From the NCBI GenBank assembly GCA_036172245.1, contig JAYWIR010000030.1:2294001-2358000 (forward strand): a DNA stretch of 64,000 bases. Reading direction: 5' to 3'. Made by a program: the position numbers and the translations under genes. Under the pieces are notes generated by a model that saw nothing but the letters and a program-made list of their open reading frames with translations, made no database searches and was not told the origin of the DNA. Source of the stretch: Raillietiella orientalis (taxonomy: Eukaryota). Shown piece by piece: positions 1-12,689 of this stretch (position 1 is the stretch's first letter; each line of letters begins with the position of its first letter).

Positions 1-59
1 GTAGCATCCGAACGCGTGACAGCGCGAGGGATGAAACACCAGATGTCATTCGGTACACC

Positions 60-1125
60 AATCCGAAGGTGCTGAACGCCAATGTGTCTCACGAGAGATT
101 CATCAGCGGAAGATGAGGGTGTCCAGTCTTTTGCTTGAAAAATTGCAGTGGTAGTGCGCGCGTCGATGAAGTCAACGGGATTCCTGGAGATGAGCTCTGT
201 GTGAGACGATGGATGTTTGTAGTTGCAAGACATCTTCCGTGATTTCCGAGTTTAAAATCTTCAAGTGTGGACGTCCCAGGTTCCCAGTTGTGGCCGCATT
301 CTCAGAAATGCCATTCCCTCACTCAGCAATGCTTTAAGGTGTTCTAGGTCCATGGAACTGGATACGGGATTTTCTTGATCATTCTTATGGCATTACACTT
401 TGCTTAATAACGAACATTTCTTGACATGTCATTCATTATCATTTTGTTTTCTCTCTAGATGTGAACGTCTAGGGTCTCCTTCAGTTGAAGCTGAGTGTCC
501 CGAGTAAAGGGTATCCCGGCTGATTTACTTTCAATCGGCTTCGAACGAGTGGCAGAGAAACAACGAGGATTCTGGATCATCCTCGAAGGCAGTTGTGTTT
601 CGGGAGAACTCATTGTTGTTCCCTCTTGCAAAGTGGAAGATTCCAGTGCGTGTTCCTCCTGGGTATGAAGAAGCAGCACCGCGGTTTGCAACCCTCCAGG
701 AACGCTGACGGATGCTGCAAGCGTCCAATCCTTCAAATGGTGAAGACAAACGATTTGATGTCATTCGAAGACGCGCCGGAATGGCTGAGATCTAGGTCGG
801 TGCGAGATGACATGCTGTAATGAACAGATGCGCGTCGTGGTCACCGAGAAGGGGAAACATTTCTTAGCCAAAAATACCGGAGCTAAAGAACCTGCTGTTG
901 GCTCTTCCACCACAAGCGAGCAATCCTCACTGCTACTAGTTATTCAGCCTTAAGATGGCAACATCCATCCTTGATTATGGCATCCATTTGCGGCACTAGC
1001 TCTAATGCTTGTTTTGACAGTGGCACCAAACTTCGTTCATTAATGCAGATTAAAGTTTTCAAAGAGGAAAATATTTTCACTTGATACGGAGAGGGCCCTC
1101 CGTGTTGTAAACTGTTCGAGCTCAA
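60..1125 (-). mobile_element. Highly decayed DIRS-like retrotransposon fragment (methyltransferase-like region and start of YR)
   Basis: Minus-strand pieces MFPLLGDHDAHLF, RCCFFIPRRNTHWNLPL, AFLRMRPQLGTWDVHT and TAIFQAKRLDTL resemble DIRS MT and YR motifs (RPP..TWDV, LA.AKRVSEL); many stops and frameshifts. Confidence 0.35.
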
Positions 1126-1929
1126 CAGATAAATGATGTTTTAGATTACATAACAACCGTTGAGGATTGCATGCGCCACGGCGCGTCCGAGAAAAAGAAC
1201 AGGGCAATTAAATTCATGCTCGTGAAGCTTAAATTCTGCGAGCTGCACCCGATAACAAACATCCACACAAAGGCCTCTTCGTCAAAGCCGACGGACGAAA
1301 CAGTACTTGTAAGAAGGGACAAGTCTTGCGACGAGATGAAAAACTACCGTGTTTGAGAACAGAAAGCGATGGAGCCCTCCGAGGATGGAGCGAAATGCGT
1401 GCTCAAGAGCAGAAACGACAGTTCTCCGCTTGTTCCTTGTTATCGAAACCTCGTGTTTACCGAGCTCCATGGAAAGCTATGCAAGGGTTAAAAGCAAACA
1501 TGAATTCCGCGCGGAGACCTGGAAGCGTCGAGATGACCTTCGGCGTCGACGATGATGATGATGATGATGATGCGAAGTGCAGATCTCAGCTGTCGGAAAT
1601 GCGACTCTCGCCGAGGCAGCTCGTTCAGAAGAAAGCAAAGGTAGGAAGGCTAACGGCTCACGGAAGATGCGACCCTCGCTTGCGAATCAAAGAAGCATCA
1701 GGAAACGGATATGCAAAAACAAGAAAATGCGGTTCAAGGAACGGAAGTGGCGAGCTAAAGTCTTGCAAACTCCTGGAGATTTTGCAAACACAAATGTTAC
1801 GAAGGCTGCCGAGATGTGGAAACTAGAACGGGTGTTGCAAGCATCTCTCAAGTTTGGGCTTGCGAAGGCTTCTTGTCTAAACTCTCTCCAGGAGCCCTTG
1901 CGGCGAGCATTCTCCAGAATACTTCACAG

Positions 1930-4250
1930 GTGACTTGGATTTGCAGCCTCCGGACTGGCTTCCTTTTTAGAAACCAACATCCTGAATGGAGAGGCGGCTG
2001 GCTCACCCGCGGACCAGAAATCCGCGTTGCTCTCGTTCGCTTCGAGCGAACGCAAGGGAGCTCCAGAAACATCGAAAGAGTTTTGTGCCGTCATTTCAGC
2101 AAATGCTCGATCTGTTTGGAATGGAGCACCCGGGACGTACGCCCGCTGTCTGTCGTGCGCCCACGAGGGAAAGGCTCACCACCTACGAGTTTTGTTCCCC
2201 TAGCGACAACGAAATGCAGCCTCTTCGTCGTCTCAGGAGGACACAGGCTGATGATCAGCTCATTTAATCACCTTCTTCGTCATGGGAGAATCTCTTGGAG
2301 GAGCCGCACGCGTGCGTTCTCTTTGCAGCCAGAGTGACTCCTCACCCGAGGCGGAAAGGTGAGCTAGTATCATGCAGGATGCAACAAGAGTAGCTGGAAA
2401 ATCGGATGCGTAGTCTTGGGATCTCTCCAAAACAAAACAAGCGGATGGACAAGGACTCGATGGAGGCAGGAAAAGGCGAACGGATGCCGCGTTCGTCCTC
2501 TCCCGTATGTCCGCCGCCGCCATCGCGAAATTCAGGGAGCGGGAGAAGAGGGAAGGCGAAATCACCTCTGGAACTGTCGGCGAACTCCCAGGTTCCGTGG
2601 AACGGTCGGGCACGGACGGGAAGGGATCGCGAATAAAAAAAAAAAGAAAAAAAAATCATCGAGATGGTTCCCGTGGTTCCTGGAGCAGGAAATGTTCGTC
2701 ATGTAACGACATCCTGCTCTGTGCGCTAATCATTGTGTCTAATCGTAAACTCATGAATGGGCCCATTTAGTGACAATAGGAAACGCCATTTGTAGCTCCT
2801 TTTTGCTAATCACTCGAACCAGGTCCGGATCATTATTCGACCAAATTATTTTCTGGAATAATTTCTGAAACGGCAAGCGCAGTCAGTAGAGGCCACGGCA
2901 ATGATGCCATCAGTAATAGCGAAACAATGATTGGCTCGAGAACACACGCCGCGGAGTTGGGCGTCACTGCAGGACGAGTCGGTTCAAAGTGCAGCCGAAG
3001 GGATTCCGTCCCAAACGCGGCAGCAGTGGTCAGGAACGCTTTTCGAGACCGGAGGCAGGTGATGTTTACGAGGGGCGCTGCCGTTCCCTTAGGGGTCCCG
3101 TTAACGCCGAGTGGGAGGACGACTCGGTGGCGGTGGATGGCATGCGAGGAAGGTGCGCGCGGCGTGTTTGCGCGTTCCCTCGGCTCATGGGTAGCCTAAT
3201 GAGACGCCTCACCTCCCGCATGTGGGAAGTAAATAAAGGCAGAGGCGAAGAAAGGAAGAGGGAGGGAGGAAGGGTCCTTCTCAAGCCTCCCCTTCCGCAA
3301 GTTTTCGAGAGCTTGGGAGTCGTCTTTGTTCACTCTGGAAAGTCAACATCGATTTGCGAAGATGATTTGACGGCCCTGAAAGCCAACAAATCCGGTCGTG
3401 TGACATCGTGTGATCAACAAACAAGCGTCTTCCTAAAAGCTGGCTGCTCGCTGAGTCCACGGAATCCGACGGCTCCAGGGGCGTGGGTCGACGTGCACCA
3501 GCGGGGAATTTCCAGGTCCAAGGATCCGTCCCCCACGAAGTTGTACCGGAGCCGAAAGCGCAAGTGGAGGGACATTACCCTGAGGTCGTTGGTTCCATCC
3601 TCCCCAACTCCCTCGACAGAGTCCCCCGTCAGAGTGGACATTTTCACCGGGGACGAAAGATGTCGCTCAGTCTTGAGCGGCTCATTCTGAGGACCTCTTT
3701 CTTTGGAGATGTCTTCGCGATGTCCGATAAATGAGGAAGTTCCTTTGCTCACTACGTTTGCCATTCTTTTGCTAAGCAGACGGAAAACCAAAGAAACCGC
3801 TGACTGATGTTCCACGGGTAGCATTGGGGAAGGGAGGAGTACGGTTTCTGCAGGTGGACGTCGTGGAGGTGCAGCTGCGAAGTGAGCTCGGACGCCACGC
3901 GCCGGGTGCTTCAGTGGGGGAGCATCCATTTCCCAGGAGCCCTTGAAACCATCGAAACGGGCGGCATGTCTTCGTCGGACGCAAACTTCACCCACAATTC
4001 GTTTCTTCCGGTCTTCAGGATGCCGCTGCCGACCGCGTCCTGTTTGGAGTCCGAGGAAGGCCCGTTGGGAGGGCGAAGGGAAGAGGTCTGACTTCGAAAC
4101 CGGGACATACGCACCCTTAGGAATCAGCAGCGACAGTATTGGCTGTAACGCTCGCAAGAAAACTCAGCGGCTCGCTGCAAGGCAATGCCACCCGGTACGA
4201 GCGAGGTCCTGACGAGGAAGTGGGGACTTCCCGAAGGAGTTCCCACCGGA
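1930..4250 (+). pseudogene. Tyrosine-recombinase-like gene YR1, copy A (decayed, interrupted at about 2340-3190)
   Basis: Ordered motifs: LSVVRPRGKGSPPTSFVP, KREGGRVLL, SVFLKAGCSL, KLYRSRKRKW, DIFTGDER, AILLLSRRKTKE, EVQLRSELGRHAP. They match, in order, my recalled consensus of an uncharacterised metazoan YR family (MRELGRLLL, SLALKLGHSL, LPFTEDV, ILFNRRRAGE, VEIRGKRGRKVP). Confidence 0.6.
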
Positions 4251-4259
4251 CTCCACGGG

Positions 4260-4690
4260 GAGCACTTCGTCGCATCGGAGCCGGGAGAAAGCTTCCCTTT
4301 CACTAGTCGGCTACTGATTGGACACGTGCCAGGATTAGATGAAGAGGAGAAATGGAGCAAAAGTGCTGGGGCGGGTCAGTTTTTCCTGTTTTGCGGGCGC
4401 GCGCCGGAACAGTTGCTCTCTGGAGACCGGGCGATTAATCACGAGACTGAGGAAGATGCCACTCATGCTCGCAGTGGCTCGTTATCCTCCCCCCTCCCCC
4501 GCGCGGAAGAGGGTCGTTGGCTTCCTGTTTGCTCTGGTCCGGAGGAAAGATGAAAGTGGTGCATCCCCTCCGCTCGGGGTTCGCGCTCTTCTGCCGCGCT
4601 CTTCGGCATTTCCCTCAGTTTTCCAGAGGGCGTTCCAGGTTGGCCCCGACGGAGAGGTCGCTGTTGTGGGATTGGGTGGGTAGTGCGGCT
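4260..4690 (+). pseudogene. KMT5A/PR-Set7-like SET domain remnant, copy A
   Basis: FVASEPGESFPFTSRLLIG, AGQFFLF, EDATHARSGSL, KMKVV...ALFCRALRHF...SLLWDWVG parallel the SET motifs GEFVLEY.G, GCYMYF, DAT...LGRL and ELLYDYG; two frames. Confidence 0.55.
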
Positions 4691-5769
4691 GGCGCGAGAG
4701 TTGATCGTTTCTCTTGCAAGAGTTGGCGCGCGCACGGTCGCGCGACGTACGGAGTCATTTTGCTGATCGGATGCCGTCCGAGGGCGGTTTGGTTTTCCCA
4801 GCTTCCGGCGGGAACAGGGATGAATGTCAGCCCCATCTGAGCGTCCGCGCCCGCGAACAAAGAGGTGCAAGGAGCAGAAAGCAGAGAGGCAAGGCTGCCG
4901 ATCAGGCGCTCAGAGAGCTTCCGACTGCGTTTCGTCATGCCCGTCGCCCACCCGCAGGAAACCACAGGAACGCTACGCACGCGCGCTCGCTTTCGCCCGG
5001 CGGACACTCTCCGCTCAACCGCACCAGGCGGTGCGCTTTGTGGCGCGCGCCATCTCCTGGTTCGACGCGGCGCTCCTCACGCGGCCGATCGCACCTCGGA
5101 ACCCGACGGGACTGGGGTGACCACCCTGGAAGTCCAGGGGACTCCTTCCAGCCCAGCTGCGCTTTCGGCGGGGATCCAAAAGTCAGAGTCGACCCGCCTG
5201 CTCCTCGCTCACCCTGCAGGAGGCATGTATCCCTTCCGTCACCCTCCAGCGCGCGGGGGGGTGGGGGGCCATGCGGACGTTCCGCCGCCGGGAGGTGATG
5301 CCAGCGACCGCGTGATCTTCGGGCAGGGCACGGGCAGCTCCTTCCGATGCTATCGCAGGGAGGGTTTGCGCAATAAGGGAACAGCGGAGAGGGGGGCCGG
5401 AACTGCCGCCTCACGCCCAGGAGACTGGCCCAAGCCGCAGATGGTCTCTCCGCAGGGCAGGGGCGCACGCCTGGTGGACCGTGGGCTCGGCATCGCGGCG
5501 GAAGACACGAAGAGCCTTCCAGGCGTCTGCGGCGGAATCTCTCTCGCGCGCGACTTTCGCTTTCGGCCCGGAGTGGGGGTGCCATCTTTGATCGCCACTC
5601 CACCCCGGTCTTTCGCGAACAGATGCGCCCCTGCTTCCTGGGGGAACCGACGGGTCTCATCTTCGCTTCTCCCCGCCACAGGGGCGCCGTCCTATCTTCC
5701 CTTCCAGCAGGGTCTCGGGACTGCAGGAATCCCCTAAATGAGTGGAGAGGAGAAACACGTGCGCGCCCG

Positions 5770-6110
5770 CTCAAGTGCTCGCAAGGACTGCAAGGAGTGC
5801 GGGGGCCTGTCGTCAGGCAAGCGCCCTCCCCCGGGAAGACCCTTGTCGACTCCGGCGCCCACGTGGATCCCTCGATCTCGGAATCGAAGGGGAGGGAAAA
5901 GGGGAACCGGCAAAGGAAAGCGATCGCTCGCAAGCGTGAGGGAGCGAAAGGGGCGCGTGCGACGTGCAACACAAGCGCACGCGGGACCCTCGAGCGGGGT
6001 CCGGCCATACGGCACTCACCTGGAACTCGCCGCCTTTCCCCGATGCTTCCGCGCAGCAGCCCACGCGCGCCCTCGTCCACTTAATTGCGGCGTATCATGG
6101 GAGCAGCGGT
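5770..6110 (+). pseudogene. Possible decayed C2H2-type zinc-finger region
   Basis: DCKECGG, ACDVQH and LVHLIAAYH fragments in different frames. Confidence 0.3.
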
Positions 6111-6749
6111 CCGCAGGCGAGTTGGCTCATCTGGCACCGAACTTGCACTTGAGGAGAAGACGTTCACTTTCTAACTTTATAGGTGTCTGCGCAGATTAGC
6201 GGAAATTTCTCAGCGGCAGGTTCGCCGGGCGCATTGACCTCGGTAAGGGACCAAGTTGCCTCCTCCGCGAGCGCTCCCTAATTGCTTCTCGAACGAGACA
6301 CCGGCGCCTCCTCCTCCTCCTCCTCCTCCTCCTCCTCCTTCACCGTGCCATGCGAACTGCGGCGAGGACACGGGACAACGGGCACCCTGTGACCGTCGAG
6401 TGGTGGTCGTTGGAAACGGGCGGGAAAAACCTCGCGGGTCATTGCATCCCCGTGGAAACGCGCGCACTCGCACGCGGATCTCCCATTCGGCCCCAGCAAA
6501 GATCGTTTTGGCGGGACTCTGGACATGAAATCGCGACCGCCTAGATCCCTGTTGAAAATTCTGAAGGAAGGGGAAGGGGAGGAGGATCTTCCCTTTTGAG
6601 GCTGGCAGGAGACTGCCCTACACCCCGAAGAATCCGCAAGCCATAGCCGTTCCCATGGTTTCGCAGCTCGTGCACCCGGGTGGACGGGTGGTCTCTCCCT
6701 GTGCTGCTGACTCGCTCGCCACTCGATCGTGGACGGTCCTACTTGAAGC

Positions 6750-7770
6750 ATCTGAAGGTGGAACCAACTACCCTGCCTGGTTGTCGCCTCCGATGATGTC
6801 GGAGGGTCCGCACACAAAGAGGCAGGGAAGGGGAGGCAAAACCCACGCGGACCACGGCGCAATAGCGCAGGTGGCGGCGGCCAGCGCCACTTTCCCTTTC
6901 ACTTCCAGGCCACCCTGCGGGAGGGCGCGAAAAAAAGGCGTCACCTTCAGTAGCGCCCCGACAGCCGCGCAGTCGAACGGGACTCTCTCCAGTGAGCGCG
7001 CGCCTGCTCGTCTGGGAACCGCCGAGCTGTTCGTAGGGGTCACGCGGGCAGGGATCGACTGCGGGCTTTCTACCGACGCAGTTCGTTTCCCACGGCAAAG
7101 GAGGGGTCGCAGGGAGTCCGCGGAAGGGGCAGAGAGGGGACCACGCTCGAATGGAGACGCTTAGGGGGAGTTGCGGGCTTCAGCGGTGCACGCGCGGTTC
7201 GCGGCAGGCTACGCGGAAGCGGAAGGGCTTCCATCATAACAGTAAGCTGCCTGAGCTTCTCGGAATCCGAGGGAAGAGGGGTGGATGGGGAGAAGGTTGG
7301 TCGACCACGTAGCTGTCCTTTTAGCGGCCTCTTGGAGCGCTGCCTTCACGCGCGCCAGCTTCGCTGCCACTTTCCCCCCGAAGGCAAGCAGGAGAGTGCC
7401 TCTCTTCAGGACGACAGTCCCCAGCCAGGTCCACGGGGACCTCCTTGGCATTCTGGATTTCGTCGCTGTGGGATCGCTCCGCAGATCGGAAGCGGAGGAG
7501 ACCCTGCTGCTGCTTCCTCGCGGGCGCGATCTCTCCCGTCGTTTGTTTGTTCTCTTGTTTGTTTCCTGCCCCTTTGTCTGCTTCCCTGTGTGTTGGTTGC
7601 GAGGAACTGATTCCTGGAGGGCAGAAATTGCAGCAGTCAAGCCCGACCGACCCCGCCAAGTGCTTCGGTTTCCCCTGATGTCTTTGCAGTGGCCTCTTCC
7701 GGCGAGGTCCCCAGCCTGGACAAATCGGGAACAGCAACAAAAATGCCACTGCCGTCGTCATGGAGGGAGT
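6750..7770 (+). pseudogene. Second tyrosine-recombinase-like gene YR2, copy A (decayed)
   Basis: YPAWLSPPMMSEG..ADHGAIAQV, LVDHVAVLL, SPTDPAK and KCHCRRH; same relative position as the clearer YR2 at 46.6-47.6 kb. Confidence 0.3.
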
Positions 7771-8629
7771 GAGCAAGATTCCTCTCTTCCTATCCCTCTT
7801 TCGCTCCAGAGGAACCGAGCGGAAGTGCTCTTTGTGCCTCTGTGGAAAAGTCCCGCAGGACCGGGCCGAGTCGATGGAGCCTGGAAGGAAAGGGGAGGAA
7901 CGGCTTCGACCTTCACTTTTGTCACGCCGGGAGATCAGGGCTCAGAAGCCATAGTGATACTCCGGCAGCTTCCTCTTCATCGGCAGGAACGTCCATAGCA
8001 GCCGGTAGCACGGGATACGCTAATGGGAATCCCAGGTTGTTTACCAATGAGAATGCAAGGATACATCAACCTTTAAACCAGAAAGGAGGAAGGAAGTCGT
8101 TAGGAATCCGGTTGTTAAGTCGACTTCGTCTTTGGAATGCAGTGCGTCTCCAGGAGGGGGTGTGCGCGCACGCGCATGTGGATTTTCCCTGGTCACAGAA
8201 GATTGCTGAGGTGTGCTGCTCCGTACGGCTTGCCGTGCACGTCGTCGTTTGAGATCCGACTGATTCACTGCTGTCCCGGTGGCGACCTCCTACAGCTCTG
8301 CGACTGGTTCTCGTCAGCCCGGGACCCGGCCCTTCGGTTTCCCCTCTGCTCTCACTGGCGTTCCCCGGCACGGCGGCGGCTCCTGACACCACCCGTTTCC
8401 CGTTTCCTCGTTGTTACTTCGGGCTGTCGTTTCGAAGTCTACGTCACGGATTCCCGTAGCCGGAGGGAAAAAAGCGCTTTACTTCCTCTCTTTCGCGCCT
8501 TTGCCATTCCCTCTTGAGGACTCCTTACAGCCTAAAGGACCGCACAGGATGCCATGAATTTTAGGCCAGTGGTCAGATTAGCTGCCGCCTCTATGCCAGC
8601 ATGGAAAGAAGTCTTAGACATCTTTGAAG

Positions 8630-9123
8630 CTGAACACGAAAGAAAAGAAGTTGAAGCCCGAATTTGCAGACGATGGCGGTGGTGCGAATAGAGAGCATTA
8701 GTTGACGTGCAGGGAAGCTGCTGGACGAGTGTGCTCCAGCCACAGGAGGCTTGAGAAAGCCCCTGTCGTTGCCCACCAGGGATCGTGGATTCTCCCGAGA
8801 TTACCAGAAGAGCATGGAATTGCTGACCCGTCTTGGTACAAGAGCCCAGGATTTCAAGAGGACAGACCTTGAAAAGCGCTGACCTTGAAAGGAGGACTTA
8901 AAAGAAACTCTTGAAAGCGTTCCCGCCGATAGAAAGGAAGCTGCCGGGGTCTCTCGGTGGCGTTTAAGACCGCCATGATCGTTCGACGTGACAAAAGAGA
9001 AGGTTAAAGCCTATTTGACTGACTACTTGGAAGACGCAAGTCCGTTCACCAGTCCATGCCGAGCTGGTGACCATCAAGCCGAGGGATGTGCAGTTGTTCC
9101 TTCGCATCTTCGGAGAGCGCGCC
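8630..9123 (+). pseudogene. H3: Divergent histone H3 pseudogene
   Basis: [61 protein letters not shown] and HAELVTIKPRDVQLFLRIFGERA are colinear with H3 ([58 protein letters not shown]); frameshifts, and no stop after GERA. Confidence 0.85.
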
Positions 9124-9479
9124 CAGATCAGAGCCAAAGCACGCGCGATCGTTCTCCTGCGAGGGGAGTCGCACTTCCGCAGGATGTGCATCTCGTACAG
9201 AGCTGCTCTGTCCTCAGCCGCCGACCGCCGAACCATGCTCTCAACTCAAGGGATGCTGGACACCTGGGCTGTTCTCGCTTCACCTCACGGGTGCAGTCGC
9301 CGCGCAGCCGACGTGATTCATCCCGAGAAGCACTTGGGTTACGCGGATGCGTGCAACGTGCACGCGAAGGTTCTCTTGCGGGCCGCTAGGGTTCGATCTT
9401 CTTCTCTGTCTCTTCCGAGCTCTGTCTCATCTGAATGCTCAGGCAGCGCCCATCCGCACCCGCTGTTGCGGTTGGCAAG

Positions 9480-10250
9480 GCGATGCAAAAATTTTCCTCC
9501 CGGACATAGTTGAGAGGCTGCATGCGCGTCTTTGTTCCTCTTTCCTCATTCTCTACAACCCCGCCTTGGTCAAGGGAAGTCCCAGTTTGCACAACTGCAG
9601 AGTTTCGCTGTCGAGTGTCAACACGAAAGGAGAATTCCCGGAGTCGTGGATTCTCAAACAACTCCAGCGCTGGTTCTTGGGTTGTCTTCAGAGATCCATT
9701 CACACGTGGGGCACTGTAATGGTGAGGATGCTTGGCTGTCCTGTCCCAATGCAAACATCCAGGATTTAGGGCAGGGAGCCCAGCCAGAGAAGTTATCGCG
9801 GAGCAATCAGACTGTGGAAAACGAAGCTCCATGCTATTTAACCATCATTCCCAGAACATCATTTCCGAAGGGAGCGTAAACCATGCCAAATAAAAGATTT
9901 ATTTAAGATCAAGCATTCTGTCTGGAATCGCCAATGGCAGCGCAAAAGAGCAATAACGGAAAACAGAAAAATGAAAAACAGCCAAGTTCGCAGTTTTGTT
10001 GCAATCCTCAAGCTGGAAATTCCTCATGCGTTGGAAGGAACCGAGAACGTCATTCACCATCCACATCACATTTCTATTTCTCAGGTGGAAGAATTCCCTC
10101 GATGGATAATTTCGAGCCGACCGTTTAGACTTCAGGCTACGTGCCGTTCTCTCACCTTGCTGGGTGGGGCCTTTGCATCGCGGACTCCTGCTCAAAGCCT
10201 TCCGTTCTAATAAGGCGTAGTTAGCCAATGCCACCACCAGTGAGGCCACA
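9480..10250 (+). mobile_element. DIRS-like reverse transcriptase fragment
   Basis: VERLHARL..ILYNPALVKG, NTKGEF/GVVD/LKQLQRWF, IQDLGQG, QVEEFPRWIISSRPFRL and CRSLTLLGGAFAS follow DIRS RT motif order. Confidence 0.45.
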
Positions 10251-10689
10251 GATCATCTGTAGCACATTCAAAACCTCTTTATACCCGATCATGATCACAG
10301 CTCTTCAGCCCTTTCGCACAGGAGTGATTTTATGAGGGTTAAAAGAGAGAAACCACTGCCGTTTCCACACACTGCTCTGCCGTCTTTGTTGATATCTTTA
10401 ATGCACTACTGCTCCATAATCAGAATCATGTGTGATGTTCTCACTGATGCTTCTATCATCCTGTCGCCGATTATGCATAATGCTGATGACTCCATTGCAT
10501 TATGTAAGAAACCGACCGAACACAAAGTGTTAAGAGAACCAAAGATCTCTAGGCGATGAGTGATGCGAATCAGGAAGGGAATGGCATGCTGCAGCATATG
10601 CTGCTTGAAGCCACCTATCGGGTCACCAGCCTAGATGCATCAGCACCAGGGAGACCATGGCCTCGAGTGGAGGATGAAATGAGGAGGGC

Positions 10690-10830
10690 AGTCGGACAGC
10701 GAAGATGGCCATGATCCCCACGACGCCGATTGTATTCCTTGGCACGTCGTCTGCGAGCATCAATCAATCTTGCTTTCATCCATTCAGAGCATCTCTTGTC
10801 TGCGTTTGGTAATCTCGCCATGATTCTACC
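10690..10830 (-). pseudogene. Possible BEN/DUF4806-like C-terminal fragment
   Basis: LPNADKRCSEWMKARLIDARRRR resembles the basic helix at the end of BEN-type domains; single short motif. Confidence 0.2.
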
Positions 10831-11299
10831 TCACAAAAACTTACCCCAGCACATGTTTCGCAGCTGTTGCTTTCAGGCGTGAGGCCTTTGCTCCTGAACA
10901 CTAAATGTGCAGCTTCAGTCCGGTCTATCTTGCTGAACCCAAATCACCTGCCAAAAGCGCAGGGAAAGTTATGCAAATTTTAAGACAGCTATTTCCAAGA
11001 GGGCAAATGGAAAGCGGCTACAGAATATGTGAAATCTGCAAGCTGTCGCATTATATTGCAGTGCCTATTGCTCCGTAGGGACTCGTCCGGACACATCAGC
11101 CCACTTCCCAATAAGATCGCCGAGAGGAAAGTTGGTGAGTTGATGGCTTTCGGTTTCTATCACTGGAAGTTCGTAAAGGAAGTTTTGACAGAAAGCGAAA
11201 GTCCTGTTCCGTAATTCGGGAATTCATAATATGGATTCTCCCACAAGCGACTGGAATTAGGGACCGATTCTTACTGAATGCATCGTTCTCAGCGTTCGT

Positions 11300-11560
11300 T
11301 CTCAGACCGAGTCCCTCAACGGAGAGGTTTCTCATTTGCTTGCGAAAATATTCCCAAAGAACTGCGTGCCTTCTCTTTTATAACCCGGACAGATACCCGG
11401 ACTTAGAGCAAAAGGCCTGCTGGTTCCACGGAGTCTGCCCCTTCGCACAGGTTCCTCAGTTCGAACTCGGGAGACTGTGGAATGTAAGTGGAGCCTCCGA
11501 TTGGCGAAAGACAACGGCTGTAGCACGTGAGACTGAGAGCTGGAAATGCAAAGATCAGCC
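11300..11560 (+). mobile_element. Possible hAT transposase N-terminal (TTF zinc finger) fragment
   Basis: KYSQRTACLLFY...RLWNVSGASDWRK resembles YS...AFCF.C...GFSNWKK. Confidence 0.3.
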
Positions 11561-12689
11561 GCAAACGGAGGTGCTCAAAAAGACTTTCAAATTAAGAGGT
11601 GAAAGAACAGAGAGGTGGGAGTAAACTGAAACTGAAGAGAGGTGTGAACGAGAATAAATTGATCCAGGTTCCGTTCCGAACCGACTGGTGGCTGAATGTC
11701 CTTCAAGGCTGCCTGCTGGTAATCTCAGCCCACGTAGTTTGAGCGAAGACAGAATATGGGAATCCAGGTAAGCTTTTTCGGAGATGCCGCTGAACCTCGA
11801 CTGCATGCAGACAAAGAAAAATCTCCTAGTTCATCTTTAGCAAAACATTTCCATCTCGAACTTCCCGACGCTGATAAGACCTGACTGCTTGGTAACTCGA
11901 GGCTTCTTTTCTACTGTTTTCAAGTCTGTAACTGATCTCGGATTGACATCCTTTTAAGTTTCAGTTGGTCTGAAAAGCATTTGAAGTCGCTTCCAACCAC
12001 GCGCATTTTCAACTCCAGCTGATACCGTGCTTGCATGCTTTGGGTGTCCATGGCTTTCAGCCTCCGGTCTCTTTCACGTGAAATTCCACACAGGTTCGGC
12101 GCCTTCGATGAAAAACACACACATGCACAATTTGAACCTCTCCGGCTATTATTTTTCTGCATGAGCGAAGAAGAATTCCTCCACACTTTTGTGTCTTTCC
12201 CATGGAAGCCTCGTAGCGCGCTGCTGTTTCCTAATCTAGCCAGAAGACACTCCGTTCGGGCGAGAAGAAATTTCCCACCAGAAATAGAACCAGAGATTCC
12301 GGAAGATGATATGGTTGAATGGTAGTCAAGTTCAAGCTCAAGCAGGAGAGCATTGCTGGCTAATTTTTCTTCCAGAAACCCATGCTGGTTCTCCCAGACA
12401 GAGACTTCCAAGCAATTCTTCTTAATCTTCGTCTCAGGGAAGCAGTAAAGATCGAAAGCAGGTCCACGCCTTGTTGGCAGTGTTATCCTGCAAAAGGTCT
12501 TCTGAAACCGGGTGCTGAATCTGGAACCTTGGAGCCGTGGTCGATCAGCACAGGGAGGAAGAGAGCAAGAAATGGATTTTAAAGTGCACGAAAACGCTTT
12601 CGTTTCGCTTTTCGTTTTTTCTTTTCGCTTTCGTGTGAGGATCCCAAAGAAGGTCATTTAAAACCAAAGAGATTCTACATCATCAGTCA

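Noticed and set aside
12050..12480. THAP-like domain on the minus strand
   Set aside because: Only loose FP/FH and Cys spacing; key residues are missing.
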